From: Candidatus Altimarinota bacterium
GTDB taxonomy: Bacteria; Patescibacteriota; Gracilibacteria; 1-14-2-50-48-13
Assembly: GCA_046314355.1 (NCBI GenBank)
Contig: JBKBWQ010000001.1
Location: 1,152,001 to 1,216,000 of the forward strand
DNA: 64,000 nt
Reading direction: 5' to 3'
In this document: positions 37,892 through 47,300 of the stretch, in pieces
How positions within the stretch are numbered: the first letter of the stretch is position 1
Layout: each line of letters begins with the position of its first letter
Program-made: the position numbers and the translations under genes
The notes under the pieces: model-generated
Told to the model about the DNA's origin: nothing
Databases searched by the model: none
Seen by the model: the letters and a program-made list of their open reading frames with translations, nothing else

Positions 37892-38791
37892 ATGTTTATG
37901 AGTGATCTCATTATTGTAATTGGAGTAATTGTTGTATTTCTACTCCTAATATCTATCCGGATTGTAGAGCAGAATACTGTGCTTGTGATTGAATTTCTTG
38001 GTAAATTCAACAGAGTCATGGGGGCTGGATTGAATTTCAAAGTTCCATTTCTTGAGAGAGTTGCAGCAAAGGTAACTTTGAGACAGCAGAATTTTTCTAT
38101 TCATGGGAAATATCCTTCTGCGGATAAAGTAATCGTTGATATTTCGACAAACCTTATCTATACAGCTCAAGCAAATGAAGATGGTATCAAAAAATTCACA
38201 TATACTCTCCAAAATAAGGAGCAGTCTATAGGTGCGATTATTGAGAACTCTCTCAGAACATATATAGCGAAGGAGACACATGAGGGAATCCTTGAGAAAA
38301 AAGAGGAGCTTGCTATGCATATCAGAGCAGATCTTGAGAAACAGTTTGATGAATGGGGTATGACTATTCAGAGTTTTCAGATTACAAATGTGGATTTTCC
38401 AATTCAGATTACTACAGCCATGTCTGAGGTAGTTGCATCTCAGCAGCTTCGAAAGGCAGCGGAAAATAAGGGTGAGGCTACAAAGATCCAGGCTATCAAG
38501 GAAGCTGAGGCTGAGAAAGAGAGAAAGAGACTCCAGGGAGAAGGTATTGCTCAGGAGCGAAAGGCGATTGCGGAGGGACTTAAGGAATCTATTGAGGTGG
38601 TACGTGAAGCGACTGGACAGGGGTCTTCAGAGATCATGTCTATCCTGATGCTTACACAATATCTTGATACCCTAAAAGGTGTAGGTATGACGGAGAATAA
38701 CAAAGTAATCTTTATGGACTCCAGTATGGGAAAAACAAATGAACTGATGCAGAGTCTTATTGCATCATATGAAGCACAGAAAGAGAAGTAG
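37892..38791 (+). CDS. SPFH/band 7 family membrane protein
   Basis: N-terminal TM, GKFNRVMGAGLNF..PF, AEAEKERKRLQGEGIA and QYLDTL motifs. Confidence 0.92.
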   Translation: MFMSDLIIVIGVIVVFLLLISIRIVEQNTVLVIEFLGKFNRVMGAGLNFKVPFLERVAAKVTLRQQNFSIHGKYPSADKVIVDISTNLIYTAQANEDGIKKFTYTLQNKEQSIGAIIENSLRTYIAKETHEGILEKKEELAMHIRADLEKQFDEWGMTIQSFQITNVDFPIQITTAMSEVVASQQLRKAAENKGEATKIQAIKEAEAEKERKRLQGEGIAQERKAIAEGLKESIEVVREATGQGSSEIMSILMLTQYLDTLKGVGMTENNKVIFMDSSMGKTNELMQSLIASYEAQKEK

Positions 38792-38824
38792 AAATAAAGA
38801 TATTTTGAAAACCAAAAGCCTGCT

Positions 38825-39967
38825 TTACGAAGTAAGGCTTTTTGGTAAACGGGCTATTATTTCTTTTAAAGACTGTTGAAGATCATCAATGGACTTTTCA
38901 GAAGAGAGGATATGATTTTTTTCTTGAAAACTTTCCAGCACAAATACGTTGTAACCTTTGTGGGCAAGGATAAAAGATAAAGGCTCGGCTGCCGTATCAA
39001 CGGAGAGCTCTTTCATAAGATCTATAAATTCATGTGCAAGTCCTATTGTGACGCTGCCGTTTGAATTTTTAAGGTGGGAGACAATATTATCGGCAAGCAG
39101 GTAATTCTCTAAAAGTCTTGAGGTAAAAAAACTAGCTGCTTCTGTCTTAGAAAGAGCAGATGCTACAAATGTTTTTGTGTTTACCGTTTGAATAAATCTT
39201 TCTTCCATCCCATATTTTTTCGCATTTGCAAAAGTGTTGAATTGGACAGAAAAACTCATATTTAAAGGGTCAAAATGTTTTCGCGTGAGAGAATCATGGT
39301 GACTTCCTTCAAAAACATGATTATTTATCTCGTGATTGAGTAAATTGATGATCGCATCATGAAGAGGTTTTTTTGCTTCCTCTATAACCTTCAGTATCTG
39401 TTCTATGTTCTCTTGAGAAGCATTATAGTTCTCTTGTATCTTCTTCATTATATTCTCTTGCTGTCCATGCACTTGAGGAAGAAGAATAATATTTCCTTTC
39501 GCTTCCTTAGCCTCCACTACATATATTGGATCAATATGTAGTTGTTTTGCAAATTTCTGCATGGACTCTGAAGATTTATTCAAAGATACTCGGTGAATAT
39601 TTTTTGCTTGAATCTGGGGGCTTTCGGTCTCATGAATTTTTAAAAGGATAGTGGATATTCCTTCTTTAATTGAAGCTGCATCTTGCAAATGGAGAAAATG
39701 TGAGTAATAAGTTTTTCTCTCAGGTGTGAGCTCACTTTCTAAAAGAGTTTCTCTATAATTTGCAAAAAGTTTTTCTTCCCAATCTGCTTCTAAGTACATG
39801 CAGTTATTCACATACTTAGTGTGGTCAGATACAAGCCTAGTAAGAATCTCTGATAAAATTTCCTCTCCCTCAAGAGTCTTTTTAATCAAAGAGATATCAC
39901 TTTCCACTGAAGTTGCCGGCCATTTAGGTCTATCATTCTCTTGATATTCACTAGGGAAATTATGCAT
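38825..39967 (-). CDS. Hypothetical protein (possible EreA/ChaN/TIKI-like fold)
   Basis: 380-aa ORF with motif order QVH, FEG, GME, R, IGLAH. Confidence 0.65.
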   Translation of the reverse strand: MHNFPSEYQENDRPKWPATSVESDISLIKKTLEGEEILSEILTRLVSDHTKYVNNCMYLEADWEEKLFANYRETLLESELTPERKTYYSHFLHLQDAASIKEGISTILLKIHETESPQIQAKNIHRVSLNKSSESMQKFAKQLHIDPIYVVEAKEAKGNIILLPQVHGQQENIMKKIQENYNASQENIEQILKVIEEAKKPLHDAIINLLNHEINNHVFEGSHHDSLTRKHFDPLNMSFSVQFNTFANAKKYGMEERFIQTVNTKTFVASALSKTEAASFFTSRLLENYLLADNIVSHLKNSNGSVTIGLAHEFIDLMKELSVDTAAEPLSFILAHKGYNVFVLESFQEKNHILSSEKSIDDLQQSLKEIIARLPKSLTS

Positions 39968-40113
39968 TGTATAATAATAAATATTTTATGTAATATATTT
40001 CTTTTTTATAGTTTGTCAAAACCTGATCTATTGAAACATTGTTTTCTATAACTTGTTATTCTTGAAAGAAGAAGTACAATAAAAAATACTCTTATTTTCA
40101 TAATAAGCACCTT

Positions 40114-41628
40114 ATGAAGAAACACACTGGAGGCACAAAGTCTGTCTGGATGGCAACTGAAAAGACATTAAGGGGGAGTCCTTTAATACAAGATTGGGAA
40201 TGTGATGTGTGTATTGTGGGAGGCGGCATAGCAGAACTTAGTATTGCTTATATGCTTGCGAAAGAAGGCAAAAGAGTAGTAGTGCTTGAGGCCGGTGAAA
40301 TAGGAAATGGTGAAACAGAAAGAACAACTGCACATCTATCGAACGCACTGGATGATAGATATTCTGAAATAGAAAGAATACATGGAAAAGAAAAAGCAAA
40401 ACTAGTATGGGAGAGTCATAGCTGGGCAATTGATCAAATAGAAAAAAATAGTAGAGCTGAGGAGATTGAATGTGATTTTACAAGGCTGGATGGATATCTC
40501 TTTTTAGGAAAAAATGATACTGAAGACACTCTTACAAAGGAGTTAAAAAGTATCAAAGAAATAGGAATTACCAATGTGGAGAAGGTGCTCAATATTCTGC
40601 TTTTTCCTCAATCAGGTCCAGCTTTGAAATTTAAGAACCAGGCTCAATTTCATCCTTTGAAATATCTTCATGGTCTCACAAATGCCATAGAAAAAAGAGG
40701 AGGTAGAATCTTTACGCATACAAAGGTTAAAGAGATTGTGGATAAAGAAGATACATATGTCGAGACGGAAAATGGTCTGCAGGTAAAGGCTGATAGTGTG
40801 GTTGTCGCTACGAATAGTCCTATACATGATAATCTCTGGATTCATACAAAACAGGCAGCATACAGAACATATGTGATTGCGTATGAAGTAGAGAAAGGGA
40901 CAGTACAAAAAAACCTCTATTGGGATACAGAAGATCCCTATCATTATGTGCGTATTGTAGAGGATAATGGCAATGATATTGTGCTTATTGGAGGTGAAGA
41001 TCACAAGACAGGTCAACAGGATGAAAATCATGATCCATATGTTTTTCTACGACAGTGGGCAGAAGAGGTATTAGGTATGTCAGGTGAACCTAAGGATTGC
41101 TGGTCTGGACAAGTAATGGAAACAATTGACGGACTTGCATATATAGGAAGAGATCCGAAGTATAAGCATATCTATATTGTTACAGGGGATTCCGGTATGG
41201 GAATGACTCATAGTACTATCGCTAGTGTTTTGATTCCTGATCTTATTAATGAAAGAAAAAATAATTGGGAAGAGATATATGATCCAGCAAGAAAACCGGT
41301 AAAAGCCATCAGAGAGTTTTTGAAAGAAAGTATAAATATGGCTGCTCAACTTCCTGATAAAATCTTGAAGAGAGATGTACATTCAGTATCAGACATATCC
41401 AGTGGAGAAGGTGCAGTGATCAGTGAATATGGAAAAAAGATTGCCGCATATAAAGATGAACAAGGTGTACTTACAAAATGTTCTGCTGTCTGTCCGCATT
41501 TGGGATGTATCGTAGATTGGAATAATGAGGAAAAAAGCTGGGATTGTCCATGCCACGGATCAAGGTTTACCGCAAAAGGAAAAGTAATCGCAGGACCAGC
41601 TGTGTCAGATCTTTCTAAAGAGCTGTAA
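40114..41628 (+). CDS. FAD-dependent oxidoreductase (DAO family) fused to Rieske [2Fe-2S] domain (YhfW-like)
   Basis: VCIVGGGIA, GETERTTAHL and GMGMT motifs; Rieske CPHLGC and CPCHGS. Confidence 0.93.
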   Translation: MKKHTGGTKSVWMATEKTLRGSPLIQDWECDVCIVGGGIAELSIAYMLAKEGKRVVVLEAGEIGNGETERTTAHLSNALDDRYSEIERIHGKEKAKLVWESHSWAIDQIEKNSRAEEIECDFTRLDGYLFLGKNDTEDTLTKELKSIKEIGITNVEKVLNILLFPQSGPALKFKNQAQFHPLKYLHGLTNAIEKRGGRIFTHTKVKEIVDKEDTYVETENGLQVKADSVVVATNSPIHDNLWIHTKQAAYRTYVIAYEVEKGTVQKNLYWDTEDPYHYVRIVEDNGNDIVLIGGEDHKTGQQDENHDPYVFLRQWAEEVLGMSGEPKDCWSGQVMETIDGLAYIGRDPKYKHIYIVTGDSGMGMTHSTIASVLIPDLINERKNNWEEIYDPARKPVKAIREFLKESINMAAQLPDKILKRDVHSVSDISSGEGAVISEYGKKIAAYKDEQGVLTKCSAVCPHLGCIVDWNNEEKSWDCPCHGSRFTAKGKVIAGPAVSDLSKEL

Positions 41629-41665
41629 TCAAAAAGACCACTTATGAGAAAGTGGTCTTTTTGAT
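41628..41665. terminator. Bidirectional terminator
   Basis: ATCAAAAAGACCACTT/AAGTGGTCTTTTTGAT inverted repeat. Confidence 0.82.
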
Positions 41666-41673
41666 ATCCGGAT

Positions 41674-41844
41674 CTATTTACCTTTTGCGTGTCCTTCTTC
41701 CTTGTGATGTTTCATTACCGTCCGCGCTGCCACCTCCTCTTCTCGTCCTTTATAGCGACCGTCCGCCTTTGCGCTTTTTAAGATTCCTTCATACATTTTT
41801 TGTTCTTTCGGTCCGACACCTCGAAGATGTTTTCCTTTTGGCAT
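41674..41844 (-). CDS. Small basic protein (56 aa), absent from the ORF track
   Basis: MPKGKHLRGVGPKEQKMYEGILKSAKADGRYKGREEEVAARTVMKHHKEEGHAKGK; ATG start, TAG stop just before the bidirectional terminator. Confidence 0.72.
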   Translation of the reverse strand: MPKGKHLRGVGPKEQKMYEGILKSAKADGRYKGREEEVAARTVMKHHKEEGHAKGK

Positions 41845-41933
41845 GGTAGAATGAGTTATGATGTAGAAGAGAATTTGATTCTCCTTCTATTATAGGCTCA
41901 TTTCACAAATGAACAATATGAAGTATTTGAAGA

Positions 41934-43301
41934 TTATTTTCGAGGTAGAGCACATCTTTGATCTTGCGGATCAAAAATTGTTTTTTCTAATGTACGATGA
42001 TTGAGAAATTTCGAAATTCTTTTTCCTCCAAATATAGAAGAAAGAATTCCTACTCCATTACAGCCGAGATTATATAGTAGTACAGGATTGCAGGGCTCAG
42101 GTCCAATGAGACGGACTCCATTTTTTGTATAACCCATAAGCCCATGCCATTTGAAAGTATAGGCGGGTTTGTGTTTATAAGTTTTTACTACAAAATTATC
42201 AATAGCGGTCTCAGCATCTTTTCTAAACTCGTGATCACGGATATACATAGATTTATCAGGCAGTGGCTGCTCTGGTCCACCGATACAGACAAGATTGTGC
42301 TGCTTGCCTTTTTCGTATTCATACTTTCTGCGAGTTACATAGAAATAAGGTTCATATGCATCTGCTCCAGTTGTTGTAAAGTATGAGATCGCAGTAGGTA
42401 TCTTTTCTGGATCCGTGAGATATCCTGACATATATCCGACAAGTCCGCTAACTTCCTCATGAAACTTGAGATCAATATCACTTCCTAAAGTATTTAATAT
42501 TTTTATATATTCAAATCCATTTGTACAAAGAACTGCTCTCTTAGTCGTGGTTGTACAAGCTTTTGTGACTACCACGGCATGATCCTTCTCAAGTATTAAT
42601 TCCTGAACAGGAGCTTCTTCAAATACCTGAAACCTCGTAGAATATTTCTCTAAAAGATACCCTATAATCTCCTCACAAAGCATGGCACTATTGATACAGC
42701 CTTTACGTGTAGAGAGCAGTGCAAGATAGCTACTATCCTCAGTCTCTAATCTTTCAAGTATGTGAGACTGAGGAACGGGAGCGCAGAGAGATTGAAATTC
42801 CTCAGGCAACTCTTCTATTTTTACAAACTCCTCTGCAATAAGAATGCTCTCTATATCCAATCCTTCTTTATGTCGTAGTTTTTTATTATTCAAATGTAAG
42901 AGAAGCTGGTCAAGGCTTGAACAGCCAGCGTATCCTGTACAGACACTAAAAGGAGTCTGGAGTTCTGCTTCCGCTATGATTTCTACTAGTAAATCCCACG
43001 CATGTCTGAGAGATTCGATACCTCGAGTCGCCATGTCTAGACCGAACTCCTCCACGAGTTCTGAGAAGGGTCGTTCAAAGTATGCAACTACCTGTCCTGC
43101 ATTATGTCCAGTAGCCCCATGAGCGATCTTACCTGCATCTATGAGAGTAACAGTTTTTTCAGTATCTCTCAGAGTAAAGTATGCTGTCATAGTTCCAGCA
43201 ATACCGCCTCCAATGATCGCCACATCTGCCTCATGACTTTCACATAAGGTTTTGACTGGTCGCGTTCGTGCGAGCTGGTGTATCCAAGGAGATAAATTCA
43301 T
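41934..43301 (-). CDS. FAD-dependent oxidoreductase (DAO family)
   Basis: VAIIGGGIAG, GATGHNAG, WHGLMGYT and GCNGVG motifs. Confidence 0.9.
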   Translation of the reverse strand: MNLSPWIHQLARTRPVKTLCESHEADVAIIGGGIAGTMTAYFTLRDTEKTVTLIDAGKIAHGATGHNAGQVVAYFERPFSELVEEFGLDMATRGIESLRHAWDLLVEIIAEAELQTPFSVCTGYAGCSSLDQLLLHLNNKKLRHKEGLDIESILIAEEFVKIEELPEEFQSLCAPVPQSHILERLETEDSSYLALLSTRKGCINSAMLCEEIIGYLLEKYSTRFQVFEEAPVQELILEKDHAVVVTKACTTTTKRAVLCTNGFEYIKILNTLGSDIDLKFHEEVSGLVGYMSGYLTDPEKIPTAISYFTTTGADAYEPYFYVTRRKYEYEKGKQHNLVCIGGPEQPLPDKSMYIRDHEFRKDAETAIDNFVVKTYKHKPAYTFKWHGLMGYTKNGVRLIGPEPCNPVLLYNLGCNGVGILSSIFGGKRISKFLNHRTLEKTIFDPQDQRCALPRK

Positions 43302-43360
43302 GAAGAATAATGAAAAACTAATCATATAATTATATCATAGAGAGAGAGAAATTTGCTCTA

Positions 43361-43388
43361 TTGACTTACAAATTTTGCTACTTATATT
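43361..43388 (+). promoter_or_regulatory. Sigma70-like promoter
   Basis: TTGACT-N16-TATATT, with AAAGGAG before the ATG at 43430. Confidence 0.6.
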
Positions 43389-43429
43389 ACCTTTGTTCAA
43401 TAATCATACTTGAAAGGAGTATTTAGAAG

Positions 43430-43753
43430 ATGAACGATAAAATAAAAAACGAGGCAATAGAGTATGCAGATGCGTACATTGAAAAGCTAAAAGGAGGTCG
43501 GCTTAATAAGGATGATACGGAAATGTTTCAGCAGGCAATAAAGAAACATATCTCTGGGAAACGAGATAATGACATATTAATAAGACACTTTGCTTTAGGC
43601 GGTACTAAGGAAAGTCTAGAGTCCATTGGTAAAACGTATGGAATCACAAGAGAACGAGTGAGACAAATCGAAGAAAGGGCTCTAGTTATCTTGAAAGAAG
43701 GAATAAGGGATGATTACTATGAAAAACAAAAAACCATTTATTCTATGAAATAA
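43430..43753 (+). CDS. Stand-alone sigma-70 region 4 HTH protein
   Basis: SLESIGKTYGITRERVRQIEERAL matches primary-sigma region 4.2; no region 2; 107 aa. Confidence 0.85.
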   Translation: MNDKIKNEAIEYADAYIEKLKGGRLNKDDTEMFQQAIKKHISGKRDNDILIRHFALGGTKESLESIGKTYGITRERVRQIEERALVILKEGIRDDYYEKQKTIYSMK

Positions 43754-43756
43754 ATG

Positions 43757-43784
43757 AATAGAGATTCTTTTCAGAATCTCTATT
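43757..43784 (+). terminator. Hairpin/terminator after the region-4 gene
   Basis: AATAGAGATTCT-tttc-AGAATCTCTATT. Confidence 0.65.
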
Positions 43785-43977
43785 ATTATTTAAAAAAAAT
43801 ATCCTCGTTACCTCACTAAGGAACAAGCAGAATCAGAGTTTTTGAAAGGGATACTTGCGAGCAATGAATACGGTTTATGACTCCTTAGAGTGGTAGAAGT
43901 GATGAAATCTATTCAGAGCTAAGGTTGTAAAAATATAGAATTTTGATAGAGTAGTAATCATAACTAACTCTTCCCTT

Positions 43978-44298
43978 ATGAAAGAATATAATAAACTTAT
44001 ACGTGATAATATTCCGGCTATTATTGCTTCCACAGGGAAACATGCTGAGATTGAAGTTCTGGAAGATAATACAATAATTGCTGCATTGAAGAATAAGTTA
44101 GAGGAAGAAGTGAAGGAAGTAATTGAAGCATCAGATAGGGAAGAGGTATTGGAAGAATTGGCTGATGTTCTTGAGATCGTTGATTCTTTGGCTCGTGAAC
44201 ATGGCTGGAATCTTGAGGATGTACTCAAAAAGAAAGAGGAGAAAAGAGCTCTTCGAGGAGGATTTGAGAAGAGGTTATTTTTGAAACATGTAGAATAG
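43978..44298 (+). CDS. Nucleoside triphosphate pyrophosphohydrolase (MazG/PRA-PH-like, all-alpha)
   Basis: YNKLIRDNIP, KLEEE, EELADVLE and RGGFEKRLFL motifs. Confidence 0.88.
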   Translation: MKEYNKLIRDNIPAIIASTGKHAEIEVLEDNTIIAALKNKLEEEVKEVIEASDREEVLEELADVLEIVDSLAREHGWNLEDVLKKKEEKRALRGGFEKRLFLKHVE

Positions 44299-44327
44299 TC
44301 AGCCTACATGCATATATCTTTTGAATT

Positions 44328-44359
44328 AAAAAACAGCCCCAACGAAGGAGCTGTTTTTT
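44328..44359. terminator. Bidirectional terminator
   Basis: AAAAAACAGC..CC/GG..GCTGTTTTTT. Confidence 0.7.
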
Positions 44360-44367
44360 GTATATGT

Positions 44368-47300
44368 TTACTGCTGCTGTCTATACTTTATAGTACTCGC
44401 AAACATCCAGATAATATCCTCACGTGAAGCAAGATCGTTTGGATGGAATGTCTCATCAGTAGATGGTCCGATGATTCCTTTTTCAAAAGCATAACTTACG
44501 TATTTGTTATACCAAGACTGTGCATCATCCCATGCGATATCCTTATATGGTCTTGCTGCTCCGCTGAAAGTATTTGTACCATCACCCAATACCACTTCAA
44601 GTATGATTTTTAGAGCTTCAGCTCTGGAGATATTATTATCAGGTTTGTAAGTACCGTCTGTAAGATATCCTGAGATAATATGTCGCATCTTTGCGAGTGT
44701 TATATATAGTGCGTCTTTATGACTGATAAGTACATCTGGGAATGGTGCTGTTTTTACAACAGTCTGTGCGAAGATTTCACAGCTTCCCTGTACTACAATA
44801 CGGAGCATTTCAGATCTGGAGAGTTTATCTGCAGGTCTGAAGCTTCCCATCTCTGTATCAAAAGCAACGCCTTTGAGCTGAAGAGCTACGACGAAGTCTC
44901 GGAGAGTATCATTTGAAATATCTGTAAATCTTGCAGTTGCAGAACTTGCTGTACATATATTTTGCGTTGGATCAATTGAAGAGGGAAGATGAAGAAGCTT
45001 TCCAAGACGATCTCTAGAGAGCAATGGTGCTGGCTGAGAAATGTTTATATCAGCATCTCTAGGGGCAGTATTGTTAGTAGTTGAATTTGAATTTGTTTGG
45101 GTATTTGGACTAGTTGTTGTGTTGTTTGTGTTAGTATTTTCATCCGGAGCACTATGAACTGAATTTGTATTACTGTTTACTGTTGGAGCATTTATATTAG
45201 CATTTACAGTAGTCGGAACTGTGGATGTGTATCCGCCACCACCTCCGCTGAAGGAGGGCGCTGGAACTGCTACAGGAGCCGTATATTGGAAAGATGAACT
45301 AGCAGAGAACGCACCCTGTCCAACAGCATCAAAGAATGCAATTCTCCAATAATAAGTAGTACCTGAAGTAGGTGTGAACCCAAGGACGCTCAAATCTGGA
45401 GAACGTGCTCCAATAGCAGTTGCAGTCATTGCTGTTCCACCGGCTCCTGTATCCTGAACAATAGAAGTAAATGCATTATCTGTTGCTATTTGAATTCGAT
45501 AAGCGGAAGAGGTATCACCAATATTTGTATCATTAAATACTGAAGAGAATACTACTGGAGTACTTGTGATGCTGCTGGGACTAGCATTTCCGGTCTGCGC
45601 AGTCGCTGTCTGTGAGTTTGAAAATGGGTTTGTTGGAGCTGTTGGAAGTGCATTTACTACGGCTGCACCCGCATCAGTAATGTTTACTGTAGTTGATGGC
45701 GTAGCTGCACCGTCATAGTCTGTATCAAGAGAACTCACTGTATAATCAATAGTAGCTGTTCTATTTATTCCGGCTGTAAGGTCATTTGGAATACTGACCT
45801 CCACCACTTGAGGTGAATTCCAGTTAGAAGTGGTAAATGTAACGCTAGGGGTACTTGTTTCTAGCCCGCCATTCGCTGTAAATGAAACAGTGACATCGCT
45901 AGTTGGAGCAGTGCTGAGTTCAATAGTAAATATATCTGCAGCTCCGCCTTCCGTAACATCAGTACTGCCTCCAGTCTCTGTAATGATCGGATAGACATTA
46001 AAGAGCATGTTCATAGTAAAGTTTTCCGTGCTCTGAGTGCCCGCTGAGATAGAGGACGCAAATGCTCCAAAAGTAGGTGCTGCTGCCCAGATGCCTGAAG
46101 AAGCTCCGCCAAGTGTATAACTTGGGATAGATGCGATATCATCTATCTGAAAAGCTAAATAGTAATCTCCTGCTGCAAGCGCAAGGGTACTTGGAGTTCC
46201 TGAAGAAATAGGTGCAGTTATAAGATCTCCACCCGCTGTGTTTGCTATTGTTCCGCTGTCCCACAACAGATTGCCTGCGAGAGAATAAAGACCAAGACGT
46301 ACATTTCCTGAAGCGGAGTGAGAATAAAATTTAAGATTATTTACACTGGTTGCAGGACTAGCAAGAGTGATCTTAGTACCAAGTGTAAGTCCTTTGTAAG
46401 ACGTAGTCAGTTTATGTATAACACCTGGGAAAGAGTATGTAGGTGCGTAGAGCATACCGTCGTCGGAAGAATAATTCATATCCATGATTTGATCCGAGAA
46501 AGTACTCGTGTATGTCCCAATTCTAGTTAGTGTATCGAGATCAAATTTTATAATTTTACTTGATCCACTTACAACTGTTGCAACGTAACCAAATCCCCGA
46601 TCAGGCGCTATTGAAAATGTTCTTGCCGTGTTTTCTCCCGCATTAAAAACAAGATTTGAACCTCTTGTAAAGGTTGTAGTATCGATTGCAGTAATAGTTC
46701 CGGGATTGCCAAAGGTTCCTACATAGAGTTTATTTCTTGTAGTGTCCATTCTTAATCCGAGACTACCAAATCCTGATTCTGATGCGGTCATTGTTATTTC
46801 TGATACCACTGACATTGTAGAGAGATCTATCTTTAAGATCTTATTCTGACTAATGCCAAGGTCTCGTACTGATGTATAGGCAACGTTATTTGCAGGGTCA
46901 ACTTCAATTCTAGATGCATTTGCATATACGCCCCCTAAAACAGTTGAAGAAGTAATAGTGAAACTTGCGAGGTCAATCTTATAGATTCGGGATGCAACTG
47001 CATTGGTAATAAAGTAACCTGTTGTACCGTCAGAAGTGATGTATCCCTGCTGGGCATCGACACTCTGATCAAGTACGAGATTTGCTTCTAAGGCAAGTGT
47101 GTCGGCATTGAGACGATAGATGCTTCCTGGACTGAATCCGCCAAAGGGATTGATTGTACTTACGTAGAGTTTATTATTGAAACTGTCATAGGTCAGAGCA
47201 TCTCCAATAGAAATCCAGACATTGTTTGGAAATGCATATTCAGCTTCTCGTGCAAGAGTATCCTTATTGATTCGTATTACTTTGTAAGGATTATTTCCTG

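Noticed and set aside
37498-38040. 180-aa minus-strand ORF and the many other 60-170 aa overlapping ORFs in the track
   Set aside because: They lie antisense or out of frame to well-supported genes and have no motifs.
43790-43925. Possible structured ncRNA (TACCTCACTAAGGA vs TCCTTAGAGTGGTA) or gene remnant (KKYPRYLTKEQAESEFLKG...)
   Set aside because: Pairing is short and imperfect, there is no clear promoter or start, and I cannot tell it from chance.
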